Positions 28,191 to 39,548 of a DNA stretch of 64,000 nt are shown here, in pieces. The stretch is taken from positions 1 through 64,000 of IMG/VR virus record IMGVR_UViG_3300040807_001288; one strand, written 5' to 3'. Position 1 is the first letter of the stretch; the number at the start of each line of letters is the position of its first letter. Made by a program: the position numbers and the translations under genes. This stretch comes from a virus. The notes beneath the pieces are model-generated. The model had not been told where the DNA came from and did not search any database. It saw only the letters and a program-made list of their open reading frames with translations.

Positions 28191-29303
28191 ATGCAAGAGA
28201 GCAATAATCAAGGAGCCATATCCTTAGCGGAAGTTAGAAGTAGGGTAGACCCTGGGCGGGGTGGAACTTTTCTGGCAAATGTCGCTGCTGAGGGAAATAC
28301 AGAACAAGAAGTATACTATGTTAGCCCCTATGGATCTAACGATTCTGGTGCATTTGTTGCCGTACCTGAAGTGGGCACTGAGATTCTAGTTTGTCGCCCT
28401 ACAGGAGGAGTTAGTTGGTATTACATGGGAACTACGTTCGCTCCAGAGCCTAGAGAGACTACAGGATTCCCTCTAAAAGATTCTGAGATCATGCCTTTAG
28501 AGCGCGTAGACCCTGAGATATACAAGGCTAGGGGCGCTCCTTTAAAGTATCTGTTCAAGAGCCCTCAGAACGCAGGACTAACTATTTCTGATGAGTACAA
28601 TCCTGGGTTCTTCAACAGATATGTTAGGCTACACTCGTCTAGAAGTAAGAAGGTAGAGCTTCATGATGCTCCTACCATTGATTCCATTATCTTAGACACA
28701 GGTAATGGAAGTAGAATAACGCTGACTGACGACCCGCAGACTCAAGGCATTCCCGCTAGAGCCATTCAGGTCGAGACTGTAGGACCTCAAAAGTATATTA
28801 ACACCGAGTCTCAGACTGACATCGTGGTTCATGAGGCGGGCAGGGAGCTTCAGCTACTTAACCTAGCTAACGGAGTTCCCTTTGAGAGCGATGAAGAGAT
28901 CAATGCTGGAAATGTAAATATTCAAAGCAAGTGGAAGGATGTGAACGTATTCACTCAAGCGGAGGAGGGTAGGATATTTATTGAGTGCCTGAATGAGTCG
29001 GGGAGAAACCAGCAAATAGTTATAGAGACGAACGGTGATGGGACAGACGGCATTACAATTAAGACCACAGGCAGCGTAAATATCTCTGCGGATAGAGACA
29101 TAAATATGCGAGCAGGTGGGAACATGAACCTTCAGTGCCAAAAATATAGCGTTAATTGCTCAAAAGTTGATATAGAAAGCTCTGGACAGGTAGATATAGA
29201 TGGGTCGAAGATTTACCTAGCAAGTGAGACTGCCTCACCCACTGCTCCCAACATTCCGAACCCTCAGAGCACTTACGACAATACAGGAGTAACCACATAC
29301 TAA
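28191..29303 (+). CDS. central spike (gp5/VgrG/gpV-like)
   Basis: OB-fold GAFVAVPEVGTEILV; C-terminal beta-helix repeats; no lysozyme domain recognised. Confidence 0.8.
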   Translation: MQESNNQGAISLAEVRSRVDPGRGGTFLANVAAEGNTEQEVYYVSPYGSNDSGAFVAVPEVGTEILVCRPTGGVSWYYMGTTFAPEPRETTGFPLKDSEIMPLERVDPEIYKARGAPLKYLFKSPQNAGLTISDEYNPGFFNRYVRLHSSRSKKVELHDAPTIDSIILDTGNGSRITLTDDPQTQGIPARAIQVETVGPQKYINTESQTDIVVHEAGRELQLLNLANGVPFESDEEINAGNVNIQSKWKDVNVFTQAEEGRIFIECLNESGRNQQIVIETNGDGTDGITIKTTGSVNISADRDINMRAGGNMNLQCQKYSVNCSKVDIESSGQVDIDGSKIYLASETASPTAPNIPNPQSTYDNTGVTTY

Positions 29304-29304
29304 G

Positions 29305-32022
29305 ATGGCGTCATTCGATTTAGATACGTTCCTAAAGGTACAGGGACAAACCGGAACAGGAGCTATTCAGGCTTTAGGCATGTCTTTTGGTATGCCTAGT
29401 TGTATGCTAAATCTAGCTAATCAAGCCTTGGGTCTATTACCTAGCTCCATACTCACAGACATTAGGTCACAAATCTCCTCAGGCAAAGCTAAGGCTAACG
29501 AGGTAACTAAGGAAGTGTTCAAGAAGATGATGCTAAACACAGGCATTATTGAATTTAACACAGAAACGGGGACGTTTAAATTTAGATCAGACTCCGCTTG
29601 GATGGGGATCGACAACGATGACAACCAGACTAAAAATAACTTAGCAGGAGCTTTGGGCGCTTTTCAGTATGCAGCCTCTTTCGGAGCACAGCTTTATCAA
29701 AACTACAACAACGTAATGAATGAGATAAACGCTATCACCGACTGCTTGGATAAGTTTAGCACTCTACAATCATATCAGTCAGGAAACTCCTCCACTCAAA
29801 GAGCCACGCTTTCTCAACAAGAAATAAATGAAGCTTTTGAGACGATGTACGCTGGGGATAAGGCTCGTATAGATAAAGCTTCTTCTTTTATAAAGCAAGC
29901 TGATAAAAAGATCAAGGACATAGACACAATACTTCTTGCCCGAGCCAATGACCCCTCTTTAGAGCCTAAGTTTTTAGACTCAGGAGAGTTGGATCCCTTC
30001 CTTTCTGGAACTGATTTCGAGAGAGTCGCTCAAGATGACCCAGGGTTAGTGGATGATGATCCTGTATTCAGACTAACCTATGGACCACCGATAACGACTG
30101 AGGGTTCTTACGTCCTAACGAACGATGGTTTATACTACGACTCTTACGACGGCGGACTCGATCCCGTATACCTAGCTATTTCGGGAATGGTTCCTGTTGG
30201 TGATGCTTGGAAATATGATTATGACCCTAACCTGGGTGGAAAGGGTCAAGCGATCTCTATAGAATCTTTAAATAAGTTTACGAATAACATCTTTGATCCG
30301 AATAGGATAGACGATAGCGCGGGACTTCAGCACTACTACAACCAAGATCACTTTCTTGCCGTAATCAAGCAGCAGAGAGATAAGCATGTATACGATTTGT
30401 CTTCAGACCTTCGAGGCTTTATTGACGAGTACGGCGACGGCACTGCAATTGTAACTAATCAGCGAAATCTTATCATGTCTGAGATTGCAAATCATAACAG
30501 CAAGATCAACAGAAGGAAGAAGCAGATCGAGGTTGCTGTTAAGGCTGGACAAGTCTACGGAGATCTTAGTGGGCCTGAGTTCGGGCCTGGAGATATTCCT
30601 ATAAATGATTTTTCCTTCCTTGAGAAGTACAACTTGTCCGTGGACTTGGAAAAACAGAAGGCGCTCGTATTCAAACAAGCAGATGTTGATGGTATTGTCC
30701 TTCCTCTAGAAACAAAGTTCGTTCGCCCAGCAAGACCTAAGGTGGCCTCAATATCGTTCGATCAGCTTGCGGTGCCCACAGTAGGAAAGGGGAGTATTTT
30801 GTATAGCCCATCAGGAGAGACTTCGGGAACTGTTCTGTCCCTAACTGATCAGATTGTTTATGAAGACCTGTTCGCAATTTATAACTTCTTAGACACAGGA
30901 TTAGAGTTGCCTTCGTCAACTAACTTTAATGTCACAAATTGTGCGACTGATAATATGTATAACAACGCACAGTTACTAGGCACTAACAGGCAGTCGGTCT
31001 TCTTTTCTGGGATAGCCATCCCGTACCTAGAAGGTATAACTAAGAACAAGAGCACTGACCCAGAGGCAGCGTCCGCCATGGGGTCTTTTGTACGGCTCCC
31101 CGATACGGCTGAATTCCGAGATCTAACTTATTCGTCAAATGGGTTTACTATTGAGTGCTGGGCTCATGTTCCTAATATTACGGATGGGGAGATTGGGTGG
31201 CTTAGTGGTGATGGGGGTCCTGCGGCGTCCTCGTTGACCAAGGTTCTCTTTGGATCGGAGAATGTGGGACACAACCCCAATGCCTCTGCCATTGACCACA
31301 CAGGGGCCTACAGAGACCTAGACTTCCTAAGACCTGAACGTGGTGGGGAGTTTGTTCGAGGGATGCTTTGCGGCTTCACAAGAGATAGAAGAATCACCCA
31401 GGCGAGCGCAGGATATAGTAACGAGCAAACTCTGAACGACCCCGTTTCTTCTCTGAGCTTCTTCATAGCGCCCACACAAGCTAGAGACTTCTCCTCTATG
31501 TCATTTGTTAATAATGATGAGTGTCAGGACTACGAAACATTCTACAAGATGAAAGTGGACCTGTCTGCAAGCGATTTTGGTAATGTATCTTCGCAGTTTG
31601 TTCTGATAGACATTACATGTGATCCACGAACAGATACCATTAAAATGTTCGCTGACGGTGAGGAGGTGGCTACGTCATCTATTAGTCAGGTATTTGGTGT
31701 TGACGTAAATAAAACAGTATCCTTACCCTCATTCAAGAAAGATAATAGCTTTCAATATTCTTCCACCACGGTTGATGGCCCAACGACTATCAAGCAAGGA
31801 CCCTTACTCAACCCGTTCTACACTCCTTGGCTCGTTGGGGGCGGATATACGGACGGAATGCATGAGTACGGCAACTTCATGGGAGGTGATAGAGGAGGTA
31901 CAATAAGTGGTCTTCGCGGGCATGTAGGAAGTCTAAAGTTTTATTCAAGGCCCCTAGATAATCTAGAAGTTAAAAAGAACTACGATGCTCAGAGAGGCTT
32001 CTTCAAAAACATTAAGATATAA
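29305..32022 (+). CDS. baseplate-associated protein with C-terminal LamG/ConA-like domain
   Basis: FTIECWAH, IKMFADG, GHVGSLKFYSRPL...NY. Confidence 0.6.
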   Translation: MASFDLDTFLKVQGQTGTGAIQALGMSFGMPSCMLNLANQALGLLPSSILTDIRSQISSGKAKANEVTKEVFKKMMLNTGIIEFNTETGTFKFRSDSAWMGIDNDDNQTKNNLAGALGAFQYAASFGAQLYQNYNNVMNEINAITDCLDKFSTLQSYQSGNSSTQRATLSQQEINEAFETMYAGDKARIDKASSFIKQADKKIKDIDTILLARANDPSLEPKFLDSGELDPFLSGTDFERVAQDDPGLVDDDPVFRLTYGPPITTEGSYVLTNDGLYYDSYDGGLDPVYLAISGMVPVGDAWKYDYDPNLGGKGQAISIESLNKFTNNIFDPNRIDDSAGLQHYYNQDHFLAVIKQQRDKHVYDLSSDLRGFIDEYGDGTAIVTNQRNLIMSEIANHNSKINRRKKQIEVAVKAGQVYGDLSGPEFGPGDIPINDFSFLEKYNLSVDLEKQKALVFKQADVDGIVLPLETKFVRPARPKVASISFDQLAVPTVGKGSILYSPSGETSGTVLSLTDQIVYEDLFAIYNFLDTGLELPSSTNFNVTNCATDNMYNNAQLLGTNRQSVFFSGIAIPYLEGITKNKSTDPEAASAMGSFVRLPDTAEFRDLTYSSNGFTIECWAHVPNITDGEIGWLSGDGGPAASSLTKVLFGSENVGHNPNASAIDHTGAYRDLDFLRPERGGEFVRGMLCGFTRDRRITQASAGYSNEQTLNDPVSSLSFFIAPTQARDFSSMSFVNNDECQDYETFYKMKVDLSASDFGNVSSQFVLIDITCDPRTDTIKMFADGEEVATSSISQVFGVDVNKTVSLPSFKKDNSFQYSSTTVDGPTTIKQGPLLNPFYTPWLVGGGYTDGMHEYGNFMGGDRGGTISGLRGHVGSLKFYSRPLDNLEVKKNYDAQRGFFKNIKI

Positions 32023-32486
32023 TGGCTGCTAATCTAGAAACCAACGTGTACGGATCCATTCAGGGCCGATACAATATGCAAGCTCCAAAGTCTCAAAGAA
32101 AAGAGATTTTTGGGCTGACCTTTCCGTTGGGCTCTAGAAAAGCTGGGGGATTTTTCTCTAAATCTTCTGGCATCAACATGATTAAAGATGCCGTAGAGCA
32201 GCTTCTACTAACTGAGCGCGGTGAGCGTCTGATGCTCCCTAACTACGGATGTAACCTTAGACGTTACCTATTCCAACCTCTGGACCAGACTACCTTCTCC
32301 AGCATTAAGAGAGAAATACAAACTTCGTTTAGAAATTATATAGTTGGAGCTACGATACAAAAGATAGGGGTATTTCCTACGGGAGATTCAGGACCCGCTG
32401 GAGGAAACTCTTTGAGAGTTATATTAACACTAAAGTTAGACACTGCTGACTTGGAAGTCTTTGATGTCGGAGTAACTATATCATGA
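32022..32486 (+). CDS. gp25: baseplate wedge / sheath initiator gp25
   Basis: LLLTERGERLMLPNYGCNLRRYLFQP. Confidence 0.9.
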   Translation: MAANLETNVYGSIQGRYNMQAPKSQRKEIFGLTFPLGSRKAGGFFSKSSGINMIKDAVEQLLLTERGERLMLPNYGCNLRRYLFQPLDQTTFSSIKREIQTSFRNYIVGATIQKIGVFPTGDSGPAGGNSLRVILTLKLDTADLEVFDVGVTIS

Positions 32487-34066
32487 ATTTTTCTGGAACA
32501 ATATCCTCGGACTTTATGAAGCTGGCTAATATACCAGTATCTAAAAGACCTACGCTTATAAACTTCGCAGCCACGGATTTCTTAACACTGAGGCAGTCGC
32601 TCATAGATTATGCCAAGGTGGTATATCCCGACGATTACAAGTATTTTGTGGAGTCTGATTTGGGGATGATGTTTCTGGAATTAGCAGCATACATGGGTGC
32701 AGTAATGTCCATGAAGGCTGACATGCTTGCTAATGAGAACTTCTTGGCTACGGCACAACAAAGGTCTAGTGTTAAAAAGCTACTAGAACTAATTGGAATC
32801 AGTATGAAAGGCCCCTTGTCTTCAGCGGCTGATGCTAAAATAACATTTAATTCTGCCGCAGAGAGTCATGTGATCTTTCCTGCGGATAGAGTTATTACAA
32901 TTAACTCCCCAGAGGATGGGGGTAGTCTGAGCTTTACTTTGTATAAAGTAGTAAACGGTTTGGTGGATATCGTAAACTCTACTGGAAGAATATCCTTAGA
33001 TCATCAAGAGTCTGATGACGATACTGGATCAGCGGGGTCTGTGTGGAGTAACTTAGTTATTCAAGAGGGTGCTCTAGTTTCTGAATCAGGCGAGTTTGCC
33101 GCGACAGACGGAATAAAAACAATTCCATTGACTCAAGGACCTGTAGTGGAAGGTAGTATTGGTGTGTGGGTGAATTCTCCTAATGCGGACACTCAAGGAG
33201 CTTTCGTAGAAGTGCCTAACGTATATTATGCGTCGGGCTCTTCTGACAAAATCTTTGAGGTGGTTTATGATGACGATTATAACGCTACCGTAGTATTTGG
33301 TGATGGCACTGCGGGCATATCTCCAGAGGATACGGCATCCTTCAGAGTAGAATATCGAGTTGGTGGAGGAACCCGAGGAAACATAGGGAAGGATGTTATA
33401 AACACCAATGTAACTACCGGAAATCGTGATAGCGGCACGCTGACTAATACTAGTAAAGCAACGGGGGGCTCTAACGCAGAGACTATAGAGCACGCAAAGA
33501 AATACGCTCCGCTTAACTTTAGAAGACAGGATCGCCTTGTTACTCTTGAGGATTATACAGTCTTTGCCAACACTTTTATCAGCAATTTTGGAACTGTAGG
33601 CAAAGCAAAAGCGGCTACGAGAAAAGCCTACGCTTCGGCAAACGTGATCGACATTTATGTACTAGAGAAGGCTTCAGAGCTACAGCTACAAAGGGCTACA
33701 ACCAATTTTAAGACTCAGTTACTAGCAGCCATTAATCCCAAGAGGATGGCTACTGATGATGTAGTTATTGTAGATGGGCTTATCAGGACTCTAGATCTAG
33801 GAGTCACTATCAGAATTGATAGAGAGGAGGAAGAGAATCAAGACTCAATCAAGAATAAGGTGAGGGGTAAGCTTCTTAACTACATGAATGCAGACAATAG
33901 GGATTTTGGAGAAGACCTTAATATAGCGGAGCTAAACCGACAGATTTTTGAGGTGGAGGAGGTTAGATACTCTAGCATAGATAACCTCGATCAGGATGTG
34001 ACGCTAGACTTCAATGAGATTGCACAACTAAACAATCTTACAATTAACGTAGTTCTACTAGACTGA
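32483..34066 (+). CDS. gp6: baseplate wedge gp6 / baseplate J-like
   Basis: DF..L...L, ENFLATAQ, VFGDG..G..P, YRVGGG..GN, GGSNAET, RLVTLEDY. Confidence 0.9.
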   Translation: MNFSGTISSDFMKLANIPVSKRPTLINFAATDFLTLRQSLIDYAKVVYPDDYKYFVESDLGMMFLELAAYMGAVMSMKADMLANENFLATAQQRSSVKKLLELIGISMKGPLSSAADAKITFNSAAESHVIFPADRVITINSPEDGGSLSFTLYKVVNGLVDIVNSTGRISLDHQESDDDTGSAGSVWSNLVIQEGALVSESGEFAATDGIKTIPLTQGPVVEGSIGVWVNSPNADTQGAFVEVPNVYYASGSSDKIFEVVYDDDYNATVVFGDGTAGISPEDTASFRVEYRVGGGTRGNIGKDVINTNVTTGNRDSGTLTNTSKATGGSNAETIEHAKKYAPLNFRRQDRLVTLEDYTVFANTFISNFGTVGKAKAATRKAYASANVIDIYVLEKASELQLQRATTNFKTQLLAAINPKRMATDDVVIVDGLIRTLDLGVTIRIDREEEENQDSIKNKVRGKLLNYMNADNRDFGEDLNIAELNRQIFEVEEVRYSSIDNLDQDVTLDFNEIAQLNNLTINVVLLD

Positions 34067-37000
34067 TGGGCGTCAACAAGAATACACCGAAGAAAAGAAA
34101 TTATACAAAAACTAACTTCGTAGAGTTGGTTGAGTTAATTACGCCTGAGGTGTATCAACAAAAAGATCTGGAGCTTAGTGGTACAGAGTTAGATCCTATT
34201 TCTGATCTAATAAACAGGCACGTTCAGTGCGCGGATAATGTAGCTACAACTCTATCTATTTCGGGGGTAGAGAACACTCAGACTAGCTCCTTGGAGAACA
34301 TTAGTGGCATCTCTCAATACTTTGTAAAACAAAATGAGCTTACGAAGATAAATCCGTTTACGTTCGAAACGAAGATCCTTCAGCCACTAGGTAAAAGCTT
34401 CATAGACTTCTCAACTTCTTCAGCATTTTCTTCATACTTATCTTCTGTTCTTTTACCAATACTAGTCCCTGCCACCCAGACGGAGACAGGATCCCTTGAA
34501 GAGAATATAACAACTCTTTCTGCGCTCACAGGAAACGCTGACGCCAGTTCAGTTCACAATTATCTGGTTGATTCTCTGGGCTGGTTTTATTTCCTAAACA
34601 CCTCAGCCGATGGTGGTCTGACATACTCTCCATCTAGCTATGTACTAGACTCTATTAATTCTCTGTACGTTGGAAAGTCCTTAACTACCGTTGATGGGGT
34701 GAAAGGGTTAACTGAGTATTTGTGGAGAAATAATGAGACCTGCTCCTTCGGACAGTATCTACCCACTAGTTTTGTTTCTGGAGCGGCAGACGCTATTGTG
34801 GATTCTAGTGCTGGAGTAGTAGCCACTTATACGAGCGGGACTCAGAAGCTGGATAACCTAAAGACGCTGGTTGACATTGCTTACTCTCCTCTCTACATAG
34901 ATGAGAGAGACTATAGAGTTAAGGACGCTTTTACTAGTTATATCGACTCTCAACTAGAGTTGCAGGACTTGGTGTCAAAAGGGCCTCATAGGAAGTTTTC
35001 TAATATTCTGGGGTATCATTTTGCTGACATCTCTGATCAGATTGAAAACATATCTCTGATCTACGATATAGAAAATTGTAGAGACGAGCAGATTCAGTAC
35101 ATTGCGGATCTTATTGGCTTTAAGCTAAGAGGGAACTCTCCCACCAAGTGGAGACATCAACTTAGATTAGCCATAGATCTTTACAAGAAATCAGGAACTT
35201 TGGAGGCCATACAGTCGGCTCTAAATGCCTTAATTATTGATTCTGTCTTTGATGTTTCTGGTCAGGTTCAGGAGCTTTGGGAATCTTACTTACCAAACCT
35301 TATCTGGTATGCTTTAGTGACCGAATCTCCCTTGTTCAAAAATCTAGAGACCTGGACGAGGGCTCTTGCTGTCGAGGGTGGAGTTTACAACTATAGCACA
35401 AGCAGTCTAGAAGAGAATCTACAGCTAGTGACAGATAGTATCCTACTGGACATGTATAAGAGGTTTCCAGAGAACTTCTTATTCCACGGCAGTCCCTTCC
35501 CTGTTCCTCAGTTCTGGGAGTTAGACTCAGAGGGTTGTGAGACTAAGAGGTACACAACAATAGGAGAGCCCTCTATGCGAGGCTTTCATATTCATAAGAT
35601 CACCGACCCAGGTTTCCAGGCGTATAAGCAGGATGCTAAACTATTTGGAGAGAGTAAAGCTTGGGACGCTGCTTACGGGTTCGGACCTCTTGGTGAGGGA
35701 GTCTATATGGCTGGAGTTGAGCATCCTACAACGGGGCAGCGTCCAACCTACCTAAAGTTTAAAGGCGACTTAGAGTTCTTGTTTAATTATAGGGGAAGAA
35801 GAAACTTCCCACTGCCTCCCTTTGAGGAGGTAAAATACTATAGAGATTGTTCTGTGACAAAGCCTATGGTAGAGTTTCTAGTGGAGAGACTTAAGTGCTT
35901 CAAGGTCACAGAGAGCTTTGCGGAAGAGACAGGTAATTTTATAGTCAGTAGCGCAGTAACTGATGAGTCTGATCTCGGAGCTTTGAATGAGTTCTTAATG
36001 TTCTTTAGTTCAACGCAAACACCTTCCAACTTTGATAGCGTGATGTTGAGCATTTCTGACTATGAGAAGAATGCTCTGAGCCTTTGGAATGGTAAATCTT
36101 CCCACCTGTTTGTTAACTTCGATGAGACAGATTTTGATTTCTCAAAATCTACTTTGGAGGGGGATGGCAAGTATGCACTATACGAAGCTGCTCGCGTATC
36201 TAGGGAGTTCTCTCCCGCACATGCCATCACCCGAGTTAATCTGACTGCAAGTGCTCAAGATGATTTTGAAATGTCTTCCACAGCTTTCGAGTATCTTGGT
36301 CTAGATCACGATGATAATCGGGTGGGGTACACCTCAGGCTCCGTACTAGGAAACTTTGAGTATAGTGGAGTCGCCATGTCCTTTGCTACAGGAGGAGGTG
36401 ACTCCAACTTAGACTCTGACTCAGGAAGAGGCGGATTAAATACATTCAAAAGAGCCGCAGTAGATGACGTTACTGATCCTCTGCTTTCAGGAACGGCAGT
36501 TATCACACCGCTCGATAGTGTTCCTAGACGAGCTATTAGGAGAAGAAATCTTAAGTACCTACTGCCTTTAGAGGGGTACTACGATAGGACTGGCTTTAAT
36601 GGACCTGTGAGCTACGACCCCTCCACATTGGAGCACTCCTTAGCATCCTCATTAGGTGAGCTTACGCTTGGGTACGTTGCTTCTGCTGGCAAGTTTCACC
36701 CAGTGGTTGACCCCATTAATCCTTCTGGGATCTGGGACGAATGTGAGGGCCTAATGTCAACCAGAACATTCTCAGGTATAGATACTAGCACCACTTTCCC
36801 GTATAGAGGTTTGTCTGCACTAGGATCAAACGCCAAGATGCCAGAGAAATTAGCGGCTACAGCTAGGTACGTTGATCGAGGGCAGTTACCTGAGCTATAC
36901 AACACGATGCATGAGCTTTTCGAATCGAAGGCGCTCGACAATGGGAAGCAAATTCTACTCTCTACAAGCGCATATGACTCAGATGCTTATTGGAAAAACA

Positions 37001-38475
37001 ATGCTCAGAGTCTAGCAAACGAGGCTATCGCTAGTGGTTATGTCCTCAACTCTTTTGCTGATTACGAGAACTTTGCGTTCGGTAAAGGGCTGCATGTACT
37101 GCACCGTGAATATTCTAAGTATTTTGCCAAGCACGCATTGGGCGGAAACTCCCTAGAAGAGTCTGGAGGTAATATATTCGGTCAAGTATTTGGTCTCGGA
37201 CTTTTCAATTGTGATTTAGAGCTTGATGGTGAGTTTGTTGGAGACTTTGTGGCATCAAGTGTTAGATCCGCAGAGCCGATAAACACCGTATCCGTGTGGA
37301 ACGAGTCTGCTGATGGAACATTTGTTGCTGATACCACTGGGCAGAGTGTAATCCCCTTGTCTGGAACTTTTGTCTCTGGCAATGTTTATAATGCGGAGTT
37401 TAGGAATGCTAAAATTCTTAGCGGTATTGAGTTTTGTGATATCTCTGGGGCTCCCTCAGCTAATCAATTCTCTATCTTTGATATAGATAACTCTTTCGCA
37501 GTTCCTGGAGAGGAGAATGATCTCATAGCCAATCGCGTTATAAAGTGTAAGTCTCTTGGGGGTCTTCCTAGAATGAGGTTTGACCTATCCTCCTATGGAG
37601 ATAGGAGAAACTACTTCATCAAGGATCACACATTCAACCTAAAGATAAAATCTCTAGTAGCTGAGGAGTTTTCCGAGATACTGGGTGGCGGTCAGCTTGG
37701 TGTGTGGGTTCATACTGAGCCCGTAGATGGTCTGATGTGGGTATGGACGCCATTAAATAAGTGGCAACCAGTCAATGAGAGTAGGATCTCCAAAGAGTTA
37801 GTTCTAAATACTCTTTCTCATAAGTATAACTTTGATATAAAGCTTCCTGATCCGTCAGAGCGTGTCAACTGCCTTGCAAATGTGTCGCAAACGGATTCTG
37901 TCATTAACAATGTTTCTCTTAACAATATTAAGGATTCTTACTTCGAAACTTTCTCGATAGACTTCGACACCAGGAACTTTACCATACATAATAACTACGA
38001 GTATCTTGATATTATTCCTATTGAAGAAGAGCAGTATAAGATTACTGAACAAGTAAATAGAGATGACACCAACTATATTGTAGAAATATTCTTTGTTCCT
38101 ACCTTAAATGATAAAAAGTATTGGTTGTTAGACTCGATTGAGCTTCAAGATAAGACCCTTAGGGATAGAGCTTCTATTGGCACAGGGCATGGGGTAGAGA
38201 CTAAGGGTATTCCATTCACTCCGTTCGTAAAAGAGGATCGTTTGGAGCTATCAAAAGATCAGCTTCGTGATGTATTAAAGTTCTATAATGGATTGATGGG
38301 ACAAGGTATAGGACAGTACGCAACCAACCTAGCGTCTAGAGATGCGGCTATTACTGAGGATTATCTAGAGCTTAGTGGAGGCAGCAGACTCAACTATAAA
38401 GTCCAACCGGATTGGGTGCAACACACTAAAAACGGAACCTATCAAAATTATACACTAGTGGAGTTCGACAACTGA
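34066..38475 (+). CDS. large baseplate wedge protein (gp7/P2 gpI-like core)
   Basis: YIADLIGF...LYKKSGTLEAI motif; follows gp6. Confidence 0.65.
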   Translation: MGVNKNTPKKRNYTKTNFVELVELITPEVYQQKDLELSGTELDPISDLINRHVQCADNVATTLSISGVENTQTSSLENISGISQYFVKQNELTKINPFTFETKILQPLGKSFIDFSTSSAFSSYLSSVLLPILVPATQTETGSLEENITTLSALTGNADASSVHNYLVDSLGWFYFLNTSADGGLTYSPSSYVLDSINSLYVGKSLTTVDGVKGLTEYLWRNNETCSFGQYLPTSFVSGAADAIVDSSAGVVATYTSGTQKLDNLKTLVDIAYSPLYIDERDYRVKDAFTSYIDSQLELQDLVSKGPHRKFSNILGYHFADISDQIENISLIYDIENCRDEQIQYIADLIGFKLRGNSPTKWRHQLRLAIDLYKKSGTLEAIQSALNALIIDSVFDVSGQVQELWESYLPNLIWYALVTESPLFKNLETWTRALAVEGGVYNYSTSSLEENLQLVTDSILLDMYKRFPENFLFHGSPFPVPQFWELDSEGCETKRYTTIGEPSMRGFHIHKITDPGFQAYKQDAKLFGESKAWDAAYGFGPLGEGVYMAGVEHPTTGQRPTYLKFKGDLEFLFNYRGRRNFPLPPFEEVKYYRDCSVTKPMVEFLVERLKCFKVTESFAEETGNFIVSSAVTDESDLGALNEFLMFFSSTQTPSNFDSVMLSISDYEKNALSLWNGKSSHLFVNFDETDFDFSKSTLEGDGKYALYEAARVSREFSPAHAITRVNLTASAQDDFEMSSTAFEYLGLDHDDNRVGYTSGSVLGNFEYSGVAMSFATGGGDSNLDSDSGRGGLNTFKRAAVDDVTDPLLSGTAVITPLDSVPRRAIRRRNLKYLLPLEGYYDRTGFNGPVSYDPSTLEHSLASSLGELTLGYVASAGKFHPVVDPINPSGIWDECEGLMSTRTFSGIDTSTTFPYRGLSALGSNAKMPEKLAATARYVDRGQLPELYNTMHELFESKALDNGKQILLSTSAYDSDAYWKNNAQSLANEAIASGYVLNSFADYENFAFGKGLHVLHREYSKYFAKHALGGNSLEESGGNIFGQVFGLGLFNCDLELDGEFVGDFVASSVRSAEPINTVSVWNESADGTFVADTTGQSVIPLSGTFVSGNVYNAEFRNAKILSGIEFCDISGAPSANQFSIFDIDNSFAVPGEENDLIANRVIKCKSLGGLPRMRFDLSSYGDRRNYFIKDHTFNLKIKSLVAEEFSEILGGGQLGVWVHTEPVDGLMWVWTPLNKWQPVNESRISKELVLNTLSHKYNFDIKLPDPSERVNCLANVSQTDSVINNVSLNNIKDSYFETFSIDFDTRNFTIHNNYEYLDIIPIEEEQYKITEQVNRDDTNYIVEIFFVPTLNDKKYWLLDSIELQDKTLRDRASIGTGHGVETKGIPFTPFVKEDRLELSKDQLRDVLKFYNGLMGQGIGQYATNLASRDAAITEDYLELSGGSRLNYKVQPDWVQHTKNGTYQNYTLVEFDN

Positions 38476-39548
38476 TGAGAGGCGAAGTAGAAGTTTGGAG
38501 TGGAGATAAGTTAGTTCTTCAAGAACCCAACATGTTAGTTGATGGGGCTGGAGAGTTATTAGCTGATATTATGACGGTATCCCCCTCTCTATCGGGTGTG
38601 GAGGATTTTGCCACTTCCTCAATTGTTGATGCATCGAACTATACGATTCAGGCCATTTCTTTCGGAACAGGATCAGAAGCCTTTAGAAGAATGGGCAGGA
38701 CAATGGACTCTGGGATACTTACTCAGATGACGGCAAATATTGTTTTAGTACAGCGGGCCAATGATGTCAACTCTCTTGCAATAACTAGCGGAGTTGATGC
38801 AACCACTCCATTACTAGGAGGGTTTACTGTAGAAGCTCCTAATCCCGCAGGTAGGGTGTTGTCAGAAAACTCTGATGTATCCTCTGCTATAGAAATTGAT
38901 AGTAGGGATACGGATATAAGTGGATTTTTCCCAGGCAACGGGCAACATGTCAACTTTATGCCGTCTGCTATTAGAAATCATATTACGCAAGGAACGGACT
39001 TCGATACCTCTGCTGAATTCGTAGGAAACTTGATGGGTAGCTATCCCGCTGGATTCAATGAGCGGGGGACAAACTCTACGGGAAGGATCCTGTACAGATA
39101 CCCAGGAGCTACTACGGTTGAGGATTTGCTTGTGGGTAGTTATCCTAATCAAGCAAGCTCAATGGATATTAGTGGATTCATGACCATGATAATGAGTTCC
39201 GTTCCTAATCCTGGTTATCCCTTTGCTGACACTCAAAACGGGCTTTGCATATCAGCTAATTCAGAGTTTGCCACTAACGGAACTGTTGAGTATTCTACTA
39301 AATTATCTAAGGATGATGTTAAATCACTTCAGGCTTTTGGTGGTATTTACCAGATGGGTTTGTGGACAATAGATATGAAGCAATCTCTTCTAAATGGAAA
39401 TACACCACCTTTTGAGTTTAGGGTACTAGATAATCCTAGAAAGTATAAACTGTTCTGTAGAAAAACTGTGTCAAAAGATTTGACATTTATTACTGATTAC
39501 ACTCAGTACGCCGACTTAACAATCAAGTGGAGGCTCCACTTCCTATGA
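38475..39548 (+). CDS. baseplate/fibre-attachment protein, paralogous to the next gene
   Basis: GEVEV...NMLVDG...ISFGTG...MGL...LTIKWRLHF. Confidence 0.55.
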   Translation: MRGEVEVWSGDKLVLQEPNMLVDGAGELLADIMTVSPSLSGVEDFATSSIVDASNYTIQAISFGTGSEAFRRMGRTMDSGILTQMTANIVLVQRANDVNSLAITSGVDATTPLLGGFTVEAPNPAGRVLSENSDVSSAIEIDSRDTDISGFFPGNGQHVNFMPSAIRNHITQGTDFDTSAEFVGNLMGSYPAGFNERGTNSTGRILYRYPGATTVEDLLVGSYPNQASSMDISGFMTMIMSSVPNPGYPFADTQNGLCISANSEFATNGTVEYSTKLSKDDVKSLQAFGGIYQMGLWTIDMKQSLLNGNTPPFEFRVLDNPRKYKLFCRKTVSKDLTFITDYTQYADLTIKWRLHFL